From assembly GCA_044892525.1 (NCBI GenBank), contig CM097888.1, positions 53,816,001 to 53,880,000 of the forward strand: 64,000 nucleotides of DNA, given 5' to 3'. Below are positions 38,150 to 52,700 of the stretch, one piece after another. How positions within the stretch are numbered: position 1 is the first letter of the stretch; every line of letters starts with the position of its first letter. The notes beneath the pieces were generated by a model. The model was not told where the DNA came from and ran no database searches. It saw only the letters and a program-made list of their open reading frames with translations. This DNA is from Schmidtea polychroa. Its lineage: Eukaryota. A program made the position numbers and the translations under genes.

Positions 38150-38940
38150 AGTGCTGGATACGGGCAAAGTGATCGAATTATTCAAATATGTTATCTAATG
38201 GTCTCAGTTGAGAGTTACCGGTTATTACGAGAGTATTATCTTAAGTTGATTGTTATTTTAATTTAATGTTTTGTGTGTAAGAGAAATACGATAGAGCCCA
38301 GCGGAGTCACCAGTAAATAAACTGTCTCGGGACAGCTGGGGTGAATGTGTGTACTGCACGTTACAATAAAAAATTAATAATAATAAATGAACAAAATGTA
38401 ACTAACGAACTACAATTCTACTTTTTATTGTAAAAGACAAAAATAGAACCTTAATTAATTGTTCTCAGCGATGGATCGGATATGAATACTTTCGCGTAGT
38501 TTGTTGTATAGATCGACACTGTGATTATTCTCTGAATACTTTCGTGTAATTATCGCTATATAGTTTTTTAAAACATTTAATTTCCCAAACACTACGGCGG
38601 CAAAAATGATAATTATAAAAACCTAATTGAGTTTTTGTTTTAATCCGTAAAAACAAATAAAAATATAATATTCTACTACAGTCTCAATTTGGCGTGTTGC
38701 ATCAGGCCCTCGTAGCAACTTTGTGCAGCCTTTATGCATATATATTTTCGTTTATCACTGACTGACTAACTGTGTAACGCTATTACAATTTATATACAAT
38801 TTAGATTTTAAATTTGAGGACCCCAAATTTAAGTGGATTTATCACAATCAAGAGTTTGAAGTCAATTGAAGGTGTATATTGAATCGAATCCACAGGAAGG
38901 AAGATTATTGAATGACGAGAGACAATTCACGCGCAATATA
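38150..38940. mobile_element. Probable LTR-retrotransposon-derived remnant
   Basis: Less AT-rich block with TGTAAG...CTACTACA followed after 9 nt by TGGCG (PBS-like); no TSD or ORF. Confidence 0.3.
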
Positions 38941-40743
38941 GTATTTCAATAGGCTTTTCATTTTCTCGCAGATTTTAAAATTTAATATTTTTTTTGTAAA
39001 ATTTATTTTTATTAGTATAAAATACATTACCTAACCTCAAATGATCCAAAGCACATTGTAACTTAGTCAATTAACAAATACATTAATAATACTTCAATAT
39101 TTCCTTCAAATTCTGACTCTGAAAGGGGCATTGGCAGAATAAATTTTTAGAAAGTGAACAATAATATTACATATTAAATTAGTAATAACAATAGTATTAT
39201 AAATGATGGTTTCTTGGTTGGGTTCAAGATAGGGTACTTATTAATATTGAAAGATGTAGATAAATTCATGTGTTGATATCTCTTTAGTCATTGCACTTTT
39301 TCATATCCTTGAATTAATATATATTACTTTAATATTACTGGTTAAATTAAATTTTTGTAGAATTTCGATTTTTTGAATTAGGTCAAAGATTTCTATGTAG
39401 CAACAGACCTGTGGTCAAAATCTCACCTACCGAATAGTTCTGTAAATTAGAATTTTTTGTAGCAAATTTTAAATATTATTTTTTAAGAAATAAAATGTCA
39501 ATCAAGAATATTCTGAAGAAACAAAGATCGATTAAGATATTTATGTGTATTTATTTTTGTATTTAAATATTGTAACAATTAATGTTTGCAATCGAACCTT
39601 GTCGGAAGTCTATAAAATGCTTTATTTCAATCATAATTAAGTAATTGAAAATCGGCAACTAAGTATATTAAAATAGAACATTGCTACTTATTTCGACAGT
39701 TTAACAGTATTCCTGAGGCTAGTATTAATAACAACTAAATGAAAATAAGAATATTCAAACAAATCAACAAATAATAATCGTAATCAAATTGTATCAAACT
39801 AAAAATATTTTAATAAAATTTTTTTGAAAATAAAAAAACATTTTTTAATTATAAAACTTATTATTTTAATTAAAAAAACGTACAAAATTGTTGATATTCT
39901 CATACAAAACATTTTTTAAAATTAATCAAAAATAACCTTCAATTTAAATAAAAATTTTTTAAAAATTTAACATACAATAACATTCTAAAATAGTAAATTA
40001 TTTAAATATATTCAAAATCACTGCAGACAGGTTACTTTGAATATTAATTATAGGATTTAAAAATCTAATTAGCAACGCCTCGCACGTTACTTATTCCCAG
40101 TAATTACTCAAATTTTTCGACAAAATCTTAAAACCAGAAATACTTATTTTTTACTGGTACACTTCCTAAAATGATCACTGGTGCGGGTCAGTCCATTCTA
40201 TGCATTGTGACGGAATGGATTGACACATATTTTTTTAATTTTTATATAAGATCATCAAATTAAGATTCTGAAAACTTCAACACATAAACAATTAATTATT
40301 ATTCATTAGCTATTTAACATTTTTAAATTTGTATTTTATCACAATTTTGCAATTTTCTTCAAAATTTTGCTATCATTCTGGCCCTCCTTTGTTTCTGAAT
40401 CAGCTCGTCGTCCAAAGCAATGGTAAATTCTTAAATTATCTTAAATAGATTTCCAATAAAAGTTTAATAAATTGTAAAAATTCCTGTTTTCTAAATGTTT
40501 CAAGATTTTTATATTTCGTCTACTTATTTAAATAATTGCTTAATTTTTGTTATTTATATCTGTTAGTAAGTTAATGATAAAATAAAAATAAAATCATTTG
40601 CTCTAAATGAATATTTTTTCTATAACTATATTTTGTTTTACTAAATAAAATTCATTTAACCTTACTCGAATTTGTATTTAAATTTCATCTTACGTGAAAT
40701 TTCTATTTGAAAAATATATTTTAATAAGAATAAATTTTCACTA

Positions 40744-43700
40744 ATGACGCGGAATTCCATTACTGGAAACGATAAAAAATCAAATGATGCCCAGGAAGAT
40801 AAATGCCAGCTGAAGAAAGAAATTACTTTGACAAATGGGATAGGCATTGTTGTTGGTTCAATGATTGGCTCAGGTATTTTTATCAGTCCGACTGGAGTAT
40901 ATTTGAAGGCTGGCAGCAGCGGCGCAGCCCTTATTATTTGGATGTTGTGCGGTGTTTTCTCCATGATTGGAGCATATTGTTACATCGAACTGGGTTGCTT
41001 AATTAAAAGATCCAGTGGAGATTATGCGTATATTTATCAAGCATTTGGACCATTTTTAGCATTTGTCCGATTATGGATCGATGTAATTGTAACAAGGCCT
41101 TGTTGCATAGCCATTGTCTCATTGACTTTTGCTGAATATATTTTAGAGCCAATGTTTCTGAATTGTGTACAACCGATTATGGCTCGAAGGTGTTTAGCAG
41201 CATCATGCATATGTAAGAATAGTTTAGTTTTTTTATTTCACTAAATCAGGAGTTTTAATTTAATAGAAAATACTAAGGAAAAAAACAAGTATGGGCTTTT
41301 ATTTGGTGCTAAATTTTAAATCAGTGATTTTTTTGAAATATATTATATACACAATATATTATATTTGAAATATATTATATTTGACCTAATAACAAACAGC
41401 TTTAATAATATTTATTTTAAAATTATAAGTCGTTAAAAATGAAACCATTAACAAATATTGGTGAATCCTCTAATTTTTAACCAACAATCCAAATTGCACG
41501 TTATAATAATATAATTGTTTATGATCTTTAAAAGTTCAAAATGAATAAATGCGTTATAATAAAAATAACCATTGTAGCAGAAATCCAAATCTCATTGGAT
41601 GTTATTTTGTGTGGGTGTGCATGATGAAATAATGATGAAATCTAATTAATATTTCCCTATCACATGGTACTTTTGAAATAACTAATTTAAATTTTGTTAA
41701 ACCCTAGATAAATGGAAGTTTTAGGGAGATTATCATTTTTTAAAATTATTGTCTATATTTAGATTTGTTGAAAACATTAAAATTTTGCCAAAAAGATAAT
41801 TTTTTCTCTCTGAAAAGCGTGATTTATATTAAAAATTTATTTATATATATGAAATTATTTCTAAGACATTTATTGAAAATGTTGATTCAATGACACTCCT
41901 AAGACTTTTCTACCAATCAAATTGCTTCAAGTTGTTGTGTTTGTGTGTATTGTTGAGTTTGACTCATTAATTTCCAACCAATGACTCATCATCAAATTTG
42001 TTCAATTATTTGTTCCATTTTATGTTTCATCAGTTAATAAGAAGTGACTCATTGAAACATGTTCAAATTATTTTGGCTTTACAAAGTTGCATATTTTTAA
42101 AAATATTTATTTTTTATTGATTAAAAAATTTTTATTGATAAACATGGCAATTAATTAATTTAAAAATGCTCTACTCAAAATTTCGTTTACGGGATATTTC
42201 GATAGTTTTCCTGTCATCATAAGATAGGTTAAATAAACCTATAAATATAGATTTAATAAACAAATTTTATTAATAAACAAATATTTTTTAATTTTAACAA
42301 TTAATAAAATTCGATTTGGACTGTTAAAGTTAAAATTATAATAAAATATTTAGAAATTTTTAAATATAATTACTTAAAAGCTAACCGTAAAAACATAGTT
42401 TTTGAAACTCTATATCTTACTCTTGCATTCTCTCAAAATTAAAATTTCAATATCCCTGCTCAATACTATGAAATATTTAATATTACACAAAATCACATAG
42501 TTAAGAAATTACTTTGATATCTTTGATGAACATTTTATTAATATTTTGAAAGAAATTTTGAAAATATTAAAAAAATTGAAAATTTTCAAACAAGTTAATT
42601 ATAACATTAAAAATAGGCTAAGTCGAATAACAATTGATTATTTAAATTAAATTTTAAAATATTGTTATAATTATTAAAATTTGTTAATATATATTATAAG
42701 AAGACTTTGCAGACACATAATTTATTAATATCAAAAAACTAATTATCCCTCTGGAGGAAGTAATTATATTGCCAGTATCCTGAGCAAGATACCCAAATGC
42801 ATCAATAATACAATATTACACCTTTGACATTCATGCATACATTACATAATAATCTGACATACAAATTCAACATGTAACAATATTATTTCAAACAGGTATA
42901 ATTTTTAATTTTCCTACATCTATAATTTTTTCTATTTAACCTTACAATGACAGAAAAACTGTCGAAATATAATATCAAATAGATATTTTTTATTTATTAA
43001 TAATTAAAAGAGAAATTTAATTATTAATTATTTCAGTGTTGCTGACATTCGTAAATTGTTGGTCAGTCAAAGCAGCTACTCGAGTTCAAGATATATTTAC
43101 ATATGCAAAACTGTTGGCATTGGTCATTGTCATATTAACTGGAGTAGTAAAATTGTGCATGGGTACGTCTTACTTTTCTATTCGAAATCTGTAAATAATT
43201 AATACTTTTAATGCTGCTTACATTAGTACTCTAAAACCTTTTGCCATTTATGGCACATTCTACCTCTTCCATGAATTCCGCTGTACAATGCATATAAACA
43301 TGAAAGTGTATAAAGTGTATAACATTTCCTTATAGCATCATTTGTTGAATTGCTTCTGTTGAGGATCCAATTTAAAATAAGTAAAAATTAGAAAATAAAT
43401 GATAATTATTTGGTCATTAATTTTTGAAGAAAAAAGCTAATAAAATAAATCAAATTAGTATTTGAAGACCCTTAAAACCTAAAGTAAAAGAAAATTTATA
43501 TTCAAGATAAAAATTAATCACGAGTTATAATCGAAATAGATCCAAAAAAACATCAAAATAAATATAAAAAAAATACAAGATTAAAGAAATCACAATTATT
43601 TCCTTACGCCAACGCCGTTCATCGAAAATTGAACCGAAATTGTTTTCTCCAGATTTACATGAAATTTGTAACAAAAATAAGTTGAATGAAATGGATCAAA

Positions 43701-46700
43701 AGCTGTAGAGAAATTATATTTGAGTGAAAAATATTGTTTTAAATTTATTTAGTGTCAGAAATATTTTAGTTAAAATTATTATCAAATTTATTATTTGATA
43801 TCATATCTATTAAAAAGTTTGACTATGAATCAGTAAATATATCGATGTTTTTTTTATATCTTTAATGATTCATAGTCAATTTTTTAATAAATATTATGTC
43901 AATTGAAAATCAAAAGAAGTTCTTATCTGTTTTAATATTTTAAAATTATTTTGATTAATTGATGAATGTAAAATCTGTTTTCTTATACAATGTCATTTAT
44001 TTTATCCAATTTTTAATAATACATCGTTTTGACATTGTCTGATCAGTGATTTATTTTAATCAAATTTATTATTATTATTTATTTATTCTACTTTTAATGT
44101 AGGATTCACATCCAATTGGGAAACTCCATTTAGTGATACGAATACTGATATAGGACAACTGACAATGGGATTTTACAACGGATTATTTGCATATTGTGGA
44201 TGGAATTATTTAAATTGTATGATGGAAGAAATGAAAAATCCAGTAAAAGATTTACCGAAGGCTGTCCTTATTTCATGTACCATTGTTACAGTCGTGTATA
44301 TGCTAGCAAATGTCTCATATTTCACAATTTTGTCACCCATCGAAATCAGATTGACAAACGCAGTTGCAGTGGTAAGTCATTTTCATTTATTTTCAAGTAA
44401 TTTCAGAAAATAATTGGAAATTAATTTTATTTTTGGTGATTTTTTTGTAATAATTTTATTTTCATTGAAAATATTTCATAATACTGAACTTTTAATTATT
44501 ATAAATAATTAAAGATACATGACAACGATTTAATTATAAGCATTCGTTTTACAATATATTTCGACAGTTTCTCTATCATCAGGTAGGATAGAATAACTAT
44601 AGAAATTATAGATTTTATGAACAAATATGTAAATATAAACTTTTATTTTAAAACCTAAAATTTTATAAAATATATTTGCATTAATTTAAATGTTTAACGT
44701 GATTTTTCTAGTAATTATAAAAGTTTTTCTCAAATACAGCATTTTTTTTGCTTAACCTGTTCATATAATGGGTTCATTGTTTCTTAAAAAAATGCTAATA
44801 AATAATAAATATCTTAATTAATAACCAATTCTGACCAGCTAATTATTTAATATATTAATTTTAATATGTTGGAGTTCGATGAAATAGATACAAAAACAAA
44901 GTGAAAATCAATAAGAATAATTCACAATAATAATTAAAAGTACAAAACTATTAATTCAAAAATCAAAAAAATTAAAAATGAATATTTCCCGGGAACAATG
45001 AGACGATATATATATAATAAAAATAAAGTTAATGGGGTCCCTACAAGGAAATAATTACAAAAAACTAAAATTAATTAAAAATTAATTAGCTAATAGAAAA
45101 CACGAGTGATCAACGTTATTATTTAATTAGATAGAGTAAAATTGGGGAATGAGGAAAAAACGAAAGAGCTGAGACATGACGGGAAATAAATTCGACCTGA
45201 AGGTTACAAATTTAAAACCAATTTGGTCGACAAAGGAAAGCCTGGAGAAATATCCAAAAATAACAAAATTAATTTGATAGGGAAATAATGTAATTATAGG
45301 ATGGGTATAAAAAGAACAGGGTATAAAGTCAACAGAATTGCCAGTTGCTCAAAGAAAAAGCTCAGTAAATTGGAAGGGAATAGAAAGCGATTTTAAAACT
45401 TAGTGCTCATCGAATAAATTTGAGTCTTAGCATACCAGAAAGATGATCTCCCGTTGGAAGATATATCCCTGCGCCAGACTGAGGTTGAAATTGAAAAGTG
45501 TGCAGATTAAAGAGTTGCTTAAAGTGGTGTAAACTGAAATTGTTTTATTAAAGTGTGTAATAAATAAAAGTATAATTGTGGTAATTTCGAATAAATATTA
45601 TTGTGTTGGGTTGTTCGAGGAGTCAGGCAGTGATACCGACTTATACAGAATGACCAACAAATATATAATAAATTAAATTTCTTTTATTGATGTTAAGCAC
45701 GATTTTTTAAATATTGGAAATTTTTTTTGTAATAATCTGGATTTTTCTTTATATTAATTTGAATTTTCTTTATAAAAATTGAAAGTTTTGTATTAGTTTA
45801 ATGGTATCTAAAATTATTTATCATTAATTATTTTTTATTTTTTAAAGTTTTTCCATGAAACCAACCCAATAATGTATATGTACAAGGCTAAAATTGTATC
45901 AAAATAACTAGAAAAGTTGATAATATTTGACATGGAAATAATTACTGTAATAAATTTAATGGAATAAACTGATATTTTTTTACCTATGTAACTTGAGCCT
46001 TAGCAAATTCTGCTCAATTTCCGTTTTTGGAGATTATTTTATATAATATAATTCTCGATTTGAATCCAGCTCCTTTTTTACTAAACATATAGAAATTGTG
46101 AATTATTATTACGTAATTATTTGACATGAAAAATATTAATATTTTAAAATAAATTTTAATCGACAAGATGATATTTTTATTCCAATTTTACTGGAGAATG
46201 AATTATTTTTATTGAATGATGCATAATTTTTTCATTTTCACCAAATATTTCTTTTAAATCTATGTTACATATTAAAGATTATTTTTAAGAAAATTTAACT
46301 TGATTTTAATTTTTGTTTAATAGTATTATTAGTTTGTAAAACAATCATTTTATGACAAATACTTATGCTGAGGTTATTATTATTATTAAAAATAGAAGTT
46401 ATACTGAAATATTATTATTATGATATTTGCATTCCACAATAAAACCATTTTATGAAGGGATATTTGTTTGAAAATAAAACCCAATGTCTTTGTATTTTTA
46501 ATAATTATTCACTAATTACTTTCACTTATTTACGATTCCAAAATGATAATCTTAAATTTCGGCAGTGTAAATTATTACAAATCATTTAGATTTTTTGATT
46601 TCACTACAGTTCAGATAAACGAATATCTGGAAAGAATGTTCTTAATGATTTCGGCTTGATAACTTTGTTATTGGGTGGTAATTGTACCGTATGACTTTTT

Positions 46701-49700
46701 ATATCACACTTTACACGACAAGGAGGATATCAGATATACATTTTCTACTTCAAATAACTACTGAATGAATGAGATTGATGATTATGTCATTTGATCGGTA
46801 GATTTTTCATCGTGCACTTTATCAATAATTAATTAATTTAATTATTTTTTTTTTGAAGAGATATTGTTAAGAGGCTTTTAAGGCGTTTAGGTATAATTAA
46901 AAAGCAATATAAGATATAATAGAAAGTAAATTAGTAAGGATATCGATATTGAATATGAAGAAAACAATAATATATGCAGTAACAAGTGAAAGGAAATGTG
47001 CAAACAGCATAAAATTACGTTAGAAGATAAATCAGAACAAGTATTACTATGATGTGAAAAAATTGTTAACAGCCGTGGGCTGACTTATTATGGCCATTTG
47101 TAGGTTTAAACTAAGTTATTTTATCAAGGAAATTTATTATATGATCAAAAATATTTTATATTTTATTATGTTGAATAAGGTTAGATTAAATTTGTATTTG
47201 ACTTCATTTTAAGATATTTTGATCCAATGCAAAAATTTTTCCTTTATTATGACCAGCACGTTTTTAAACATAAAAAATAATATTTAACGAAAAGCCAATT
47301 CATCAAGCCAATTCTAACTTTTGTTAAAAATATCCTGCAACTAAGGAAACTTTCCATAGCCGTAAATATTTGTTTTATAATCATTAGAGCTTGAGACAAC
47401 CGTTTCTTTGTCCTTTCTTATATTTTGAAACTCGCTTTTAGGTTAATTAAATCATTTATTTCACACAAAAAATTTATAAAATTCAAAATCCCTAATAAAG
47501 TCCGACTTGCATAATGTCAGTTGAGATATTACAGAAATATTTTATAATTTTATTTTAATAAATATTCAGCGTCACCTGTTTTTGTTAAAAAATGTCATTT
47601 AAAAAAATAGGAAAATAATAATATTTAAGTAGGAAATAATTGTTGTGCTTAATTCATTTCAAGCAGTCTAAATGATTGGGTTAGGGGTTTTAATTAATCT
47701 AAAATTAAAAAATGGCTTTGAATTGTGAATGACACTTATAGAAATATTGATTTGCGCTCAAATATATACACGGGAATGTTTAAATACGGGATTCATAATT
47801 ATTGATATTTAGCTCAAATCTAAAAAACACAAAAAGCGAACTTAAATTGTAATCATGCGTATCAATAAATTGTTATACATTGTTGAGTGTTTGATATTCT
47901 TACATCATTTCTAAATTGAATCTGCTATAAGCAAGCAATTTGTACGACACATTCACGTGACATCTTTTATGATTATTGTGAAGTTTCTGATTTGTAATAA
48001 TTTAATACTTCATGTAATAAATTTTTATTTAAAATAATTCCACAAGACATTTGAAATTATCATAAGTACTCTGTGAATCTGTTTATTAACTATTTTAATG
48101 AAGGATTGTATTTGTTCTGATATTGATTGGAAGTTTTTAACTTCTGGAATTCTTTTTTATAAGTAGTGTATATTTTTCTTAACTGATATTTTTTTCTGTA
48201 TTATTAAAACAAACTTTCATTTTTAAAATAATTCTTGATGTTTTTTATAACACTGGATATGTTATTTTAATATATTGTTAGTATTTACAGATACTGATAA
48301 AATTCTACTCTATTGGAAATATAATTATAATTGAATTATATGACCAGTACAATTATAAAGAAAATATACTAACATTAACTCAAATTTGCTTGTTCGTTTG
48401 TCATTTTAATCGACGTGTATTAAATTTTATATATATCATATTCATCCTACGACTCTGATTGCATGTCACTAAAAAGTAGGTATACATTTTCTGCTTATAG
48501 CATATTGAATTTGGAAATTGTATATTATTAAAGCACTAAAATACACCGACAAATCCGTCTGCATTATGCATGCAATTCAACATTAATCATTTTTGCAATT
48601 TTTTATTCTTTATTTTATTTATACACAAAAGAACATTAACCAATCTGTTAAAAATAATTTGCTGATACTACCGAAAATTTTTTTCGACTAAAAATAAATA
48701 ACTGCAAAACCGTTTAGTGGATATTTTAGGTTGTAATTAGATGTATACGTATTAATTAGCTGGTACGTAGTAATTGGGGTGCGTGGAACAAACACAGTTT
48801 CTTGTGCCCCAGTTAACTCGATTCAATGTTCATTATTTTATTTATTAACTTTAATTTGAATTTATCCAAATAAATTCTAGAGAATCGGCCTGGACAATTT
48901 TAGTATAATGTGGTGGATTATACCGGTGTTTGTGTCTATGTCAACATTCGGAGGGGTCAATGGTATCATCATGACCACATCTAGAATGTTTCTCGTAGCT
49001 GCACAAAGCGATCAAATGCCTGCCTCATTGGCGATGATAAGCACAAGTTTGAGCACTCCGATTCCGTCAGTGGTATTTGTGGTATATAATTCGTATTACT
49101 GTTCTGACCTATAATGATATGCTTTATTTATTATAGTCTGTCGTCTCGATGGTTTATTTGTTATATCCAGACATGTATGCCCTTATGAATTATGTTGGAT
49201 TTGTGACATGGTTGACATTTGCATTTGCCATTTTAGCACTTTTATACTTCCGATTTTCTAAGAAATATACACACTTTGTAAGACCATTTACGGTATGTAT
49301 ATTATCAATTTTCATTTTATTATTATTAATAATAATAATGTTAATAAAAAAAAATAATAATGAAAAAATAAATTTAATTAATTGATTTAGGTTCCTTTGA
49401 TATTCCCAATTGTTTATCTATTAGTGTCAGCATTCATAATTGTTTTCGCCTTCGTCGGTGGATTTTACGAATCAAGTGAGTCTGTTTTTGGCATTTTGAT
49501 TATATTTTGACCTCTTAACATTTGCACCGTTAAACTTGTCATAATAATTATGCATTAGTTTTATTTCTTAACAGTAGGAAATATTTCGAAATGTTCAATT
49601 TGTTATTTTAAGATATCTTAGGTTAGTAATATTAAAATTGATACAATGATTTGCTTTCGAATTTGAAAAAAAATAATGATGCAATTTTGTAGAGAATTTA

Positions 49701-52700
49701 ATTCTATCTATATATTGTTTGAGTGAAAATATTTGAAATTGTTTAAAATGATGTGTAAGTTCAAAAATGGTGTACTAAAAATGGAATTTCAAAACGTTGA
49801 TTACGTAATAGACTCATAAAATATAGTTTAATTTCAAATATATATTCGCTTAAAAATAAATTTGTGGGAGTCGAGGATTCCTGTATGGCTGGAGTCCATT
49901 CTATCTATCTACTCTGCAATATAATAAGATAAATTTAATAAGATAACTATTATCTAAAAATATTATAACTAAAACAAACTATAATAATAAAATAATAAAA
50001 AATAATAAAAATGACAGAATCGGAAAACTGGACTTGTAGGAAATTGTGATTAATTTTCTGACGTGAAGTCTAGCAAGCAAATGCAATTAAGGAACGTTTT
50101 TAATTTAATTATTTTTTACTTTTTTTGATTGATTGATTAATTTTCATTAAATTTTGAAATAATATAAAAGCCAAATATTTAAAATAGAAAATTTATGAAT
50201 TATTTTTAGAAATATATAAAAAATAGTAAGTGGATTAGAATTAACAAATACTTTAAAAATTCTGTTTCGGAAATTTGTGTTAAATATGAAATATAAACGA
50301 AAAGAAAGGATAATGAAAATTTAATGCTGGGGAAATTAAAATAATTAAACGAAAACTATTTCGAGAAAATCTCCTCATCTGCAGTCTGTCATATCTTATC
50401 CAATGTAGAATACCAAATACGATTTATTGAATTAAATAAATAATTTCAATCAAATTATTGCTAATTGAATGAGCACATGAACAATTAAACCAGCAATTAC
50501 TACGAACGTTGATAAAAAGTATACAAGGTTGCCATTGAGGAAAAAATGAATAAACAAAAGTATATATATTCAACGCGCCTAGAATCAACATATTTTTTGA
50601 AAATTTTTTAAATTACATTTTTATCTAATAAAGTTAATTAAAAATATAAAATTTTTTTTTCTAAATATAAATCAAATTTAGTCGAGCAACATTGAAATTA
50701 ACAGTGCCGAAAGCTTATGTTGAATAGAAAACATAATCCACCAGAAGGAAGCAAGGTTTTGGTTTTGATGATGTCGGGAATAAATGGACGCTTTTTACTG
50801 TTGTGTAACTTTTACCATACAAATGCTAAAGTAGAGGAAAACATCCATAAACATTTTCTTGATAGAAACCTTTACTTAATGCTTTAATAAATATTATGAT
50901 TAGGTGATATTATGATTACGTTTGTTTTACCAATCTGGACAGCTTTAGGCATTTCTTCTCTTTTTACACGAGCTATTTTGATTTTACATGAACCCAAAAT
51001 TCTAAGGATTTTTTTCCTAATAATTTTCTTGTTACATTTGCAATTTCTATTTGTGGGAGAATTCCCCCTTTTATGTAACTGTAATTAACTTTACTTTATT
51101 ACATTAATTTCCCGCGAACCTATTTATAATGTAAAACCAGAATTGAGTGTAATGGGGGTAACAAAACAAATATAAAAGGCGTAACCACGTTTGATGATTG
51201 CAAAACGAAAAATGAATAACGAGAAGTAAGTTGTTCATTTGAATAGTTTGGAGCCCGCCGAGTCAGATATAAAACAAAATTCTATAATTACTATTTGTCC
51301 GACTTTTATTTTCTATTGGGCTCATGGTCGTGTTGGGTTGTACAATTGAAAGCTCCTGAAATCAATCTATCCTTTATTTCTCAAAATGCTTTACCTTTGC
51401 ATTTTGGGTTACTAATTGTTGTTATGGTTTTTTCAATCAACAATATAAGAAATAATTGTGTTGACAACAATTATATATTATGAGCTTTATTTTCTCATCC
51501 GTTAACGATAGAGTCATTTATTAATAAATCTAATTGATTTCGTAACGTTAATTGATCACATTTGTGTCAAATTTATTGATTAATTATAGATATATTTTAG
51601 TGCCAATCATTTGTAGAATTACTGTTACCACTTGCTTTTATAACGGGTTCACATAACACATATTAATCGCAAAGCCCCAGAATTTATATACTTTATGAAA
51701 ATTTATCAAATAGTACTATTTCTATTTGACTGGTGCCAGCAACTAAAATTGCAGAAAATTTATATTTCAGCAATTATTTTGAAAATATTAATATTTTTAG
51801 CATGCTTTTGAGTTTACGAGTAACAAGTTATAGATTGAATTGCAACTTTTCACGTTTAGCTGCACTAGGTTTATCTAATATATAAAGATGAAAGTTTGTT
51901 TGTATTTTACCCATAGAATTACCCACCGTTGGACCTAGGGTGCTGACATTTTGCATGTAATCCTCTTTTGACTCGCGACAGGTCATAGGCTATGTTTCAA
52001 CCCAAGGTGACCACCCCTAGGGTACCCTAACCCTACTCAGGGTCACCTTGATTTACTACAGTAGATATCCCCAGCAGATACGCATTAACATTTTTCAAAT
52101 TTTTAAAGTGCTATTATACTTAGTTTTTAATTCCATCTATACATTGCACTACTGAAAATTGCATCAAAAGTCGGCTTCCCACTGTAAAATGTGGTCCCAA
52201 AAAGCAACTTTCTAGATTTTTTTAAATTAAATTTTAATGTATTTTTTAAATTATTTTTTTTAAATGAATGAATTGAAATAAATATCTTTATTTTGAATCT
52301 GTTTACTATATTTTAAATCGTGCAACGCCGGGTACCCCAGCCAGTTATTTATAAATTTGAATCTTAATTTTATTTATTTAATACTTTATACCAGAGGTCG
52401 GCAACCCTTTAATTGCAAAGAGCCAAATATTAAATTTTGATCCAGTTTAAAAAATGAAAGAGCCACATGAAAAAATACCATAGTATATACCTCATTTAAT
52501 ATGAATACAGTGGAACTTAAATAATATAAGAAACAAAAAAAATGAATTACTGCTTTATTACACAATAATTAATACAATTTTTCATTTAAAAAATTCAGAT
52601 AAATGTGACACAAAAATCTTCATCTTCAACTTTTCTCTTTTTTGTCATTTGTTTTTAAAAAAAGTTTTGATATTTTTTTTGTAAACAAATTGTTGCATTT

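Noticed and set aside
40187-40224. 12-bp stem hairpin upstream of the SLC7 gene as a pre-miRNA
   Set aside because: Stem too short for a miRNA precursor.
50904-51483. Hydrophobic frames (from 50904, and ORF 51295-51483) as the last SLC7 exon
   Set aside because: No SLC7 TM12 similarity. The true exons are 55918-56007 and 56057-56133; this region looks like retroelement debris.
52003-52050. CAAGGTGACC...GGTCACCTTG hairpin enclosing CCCTAACCCT
   Set aside because: A single telomere-like unit and no hammerhead core; insufficient for a ribozyme or interstitial telomere call.
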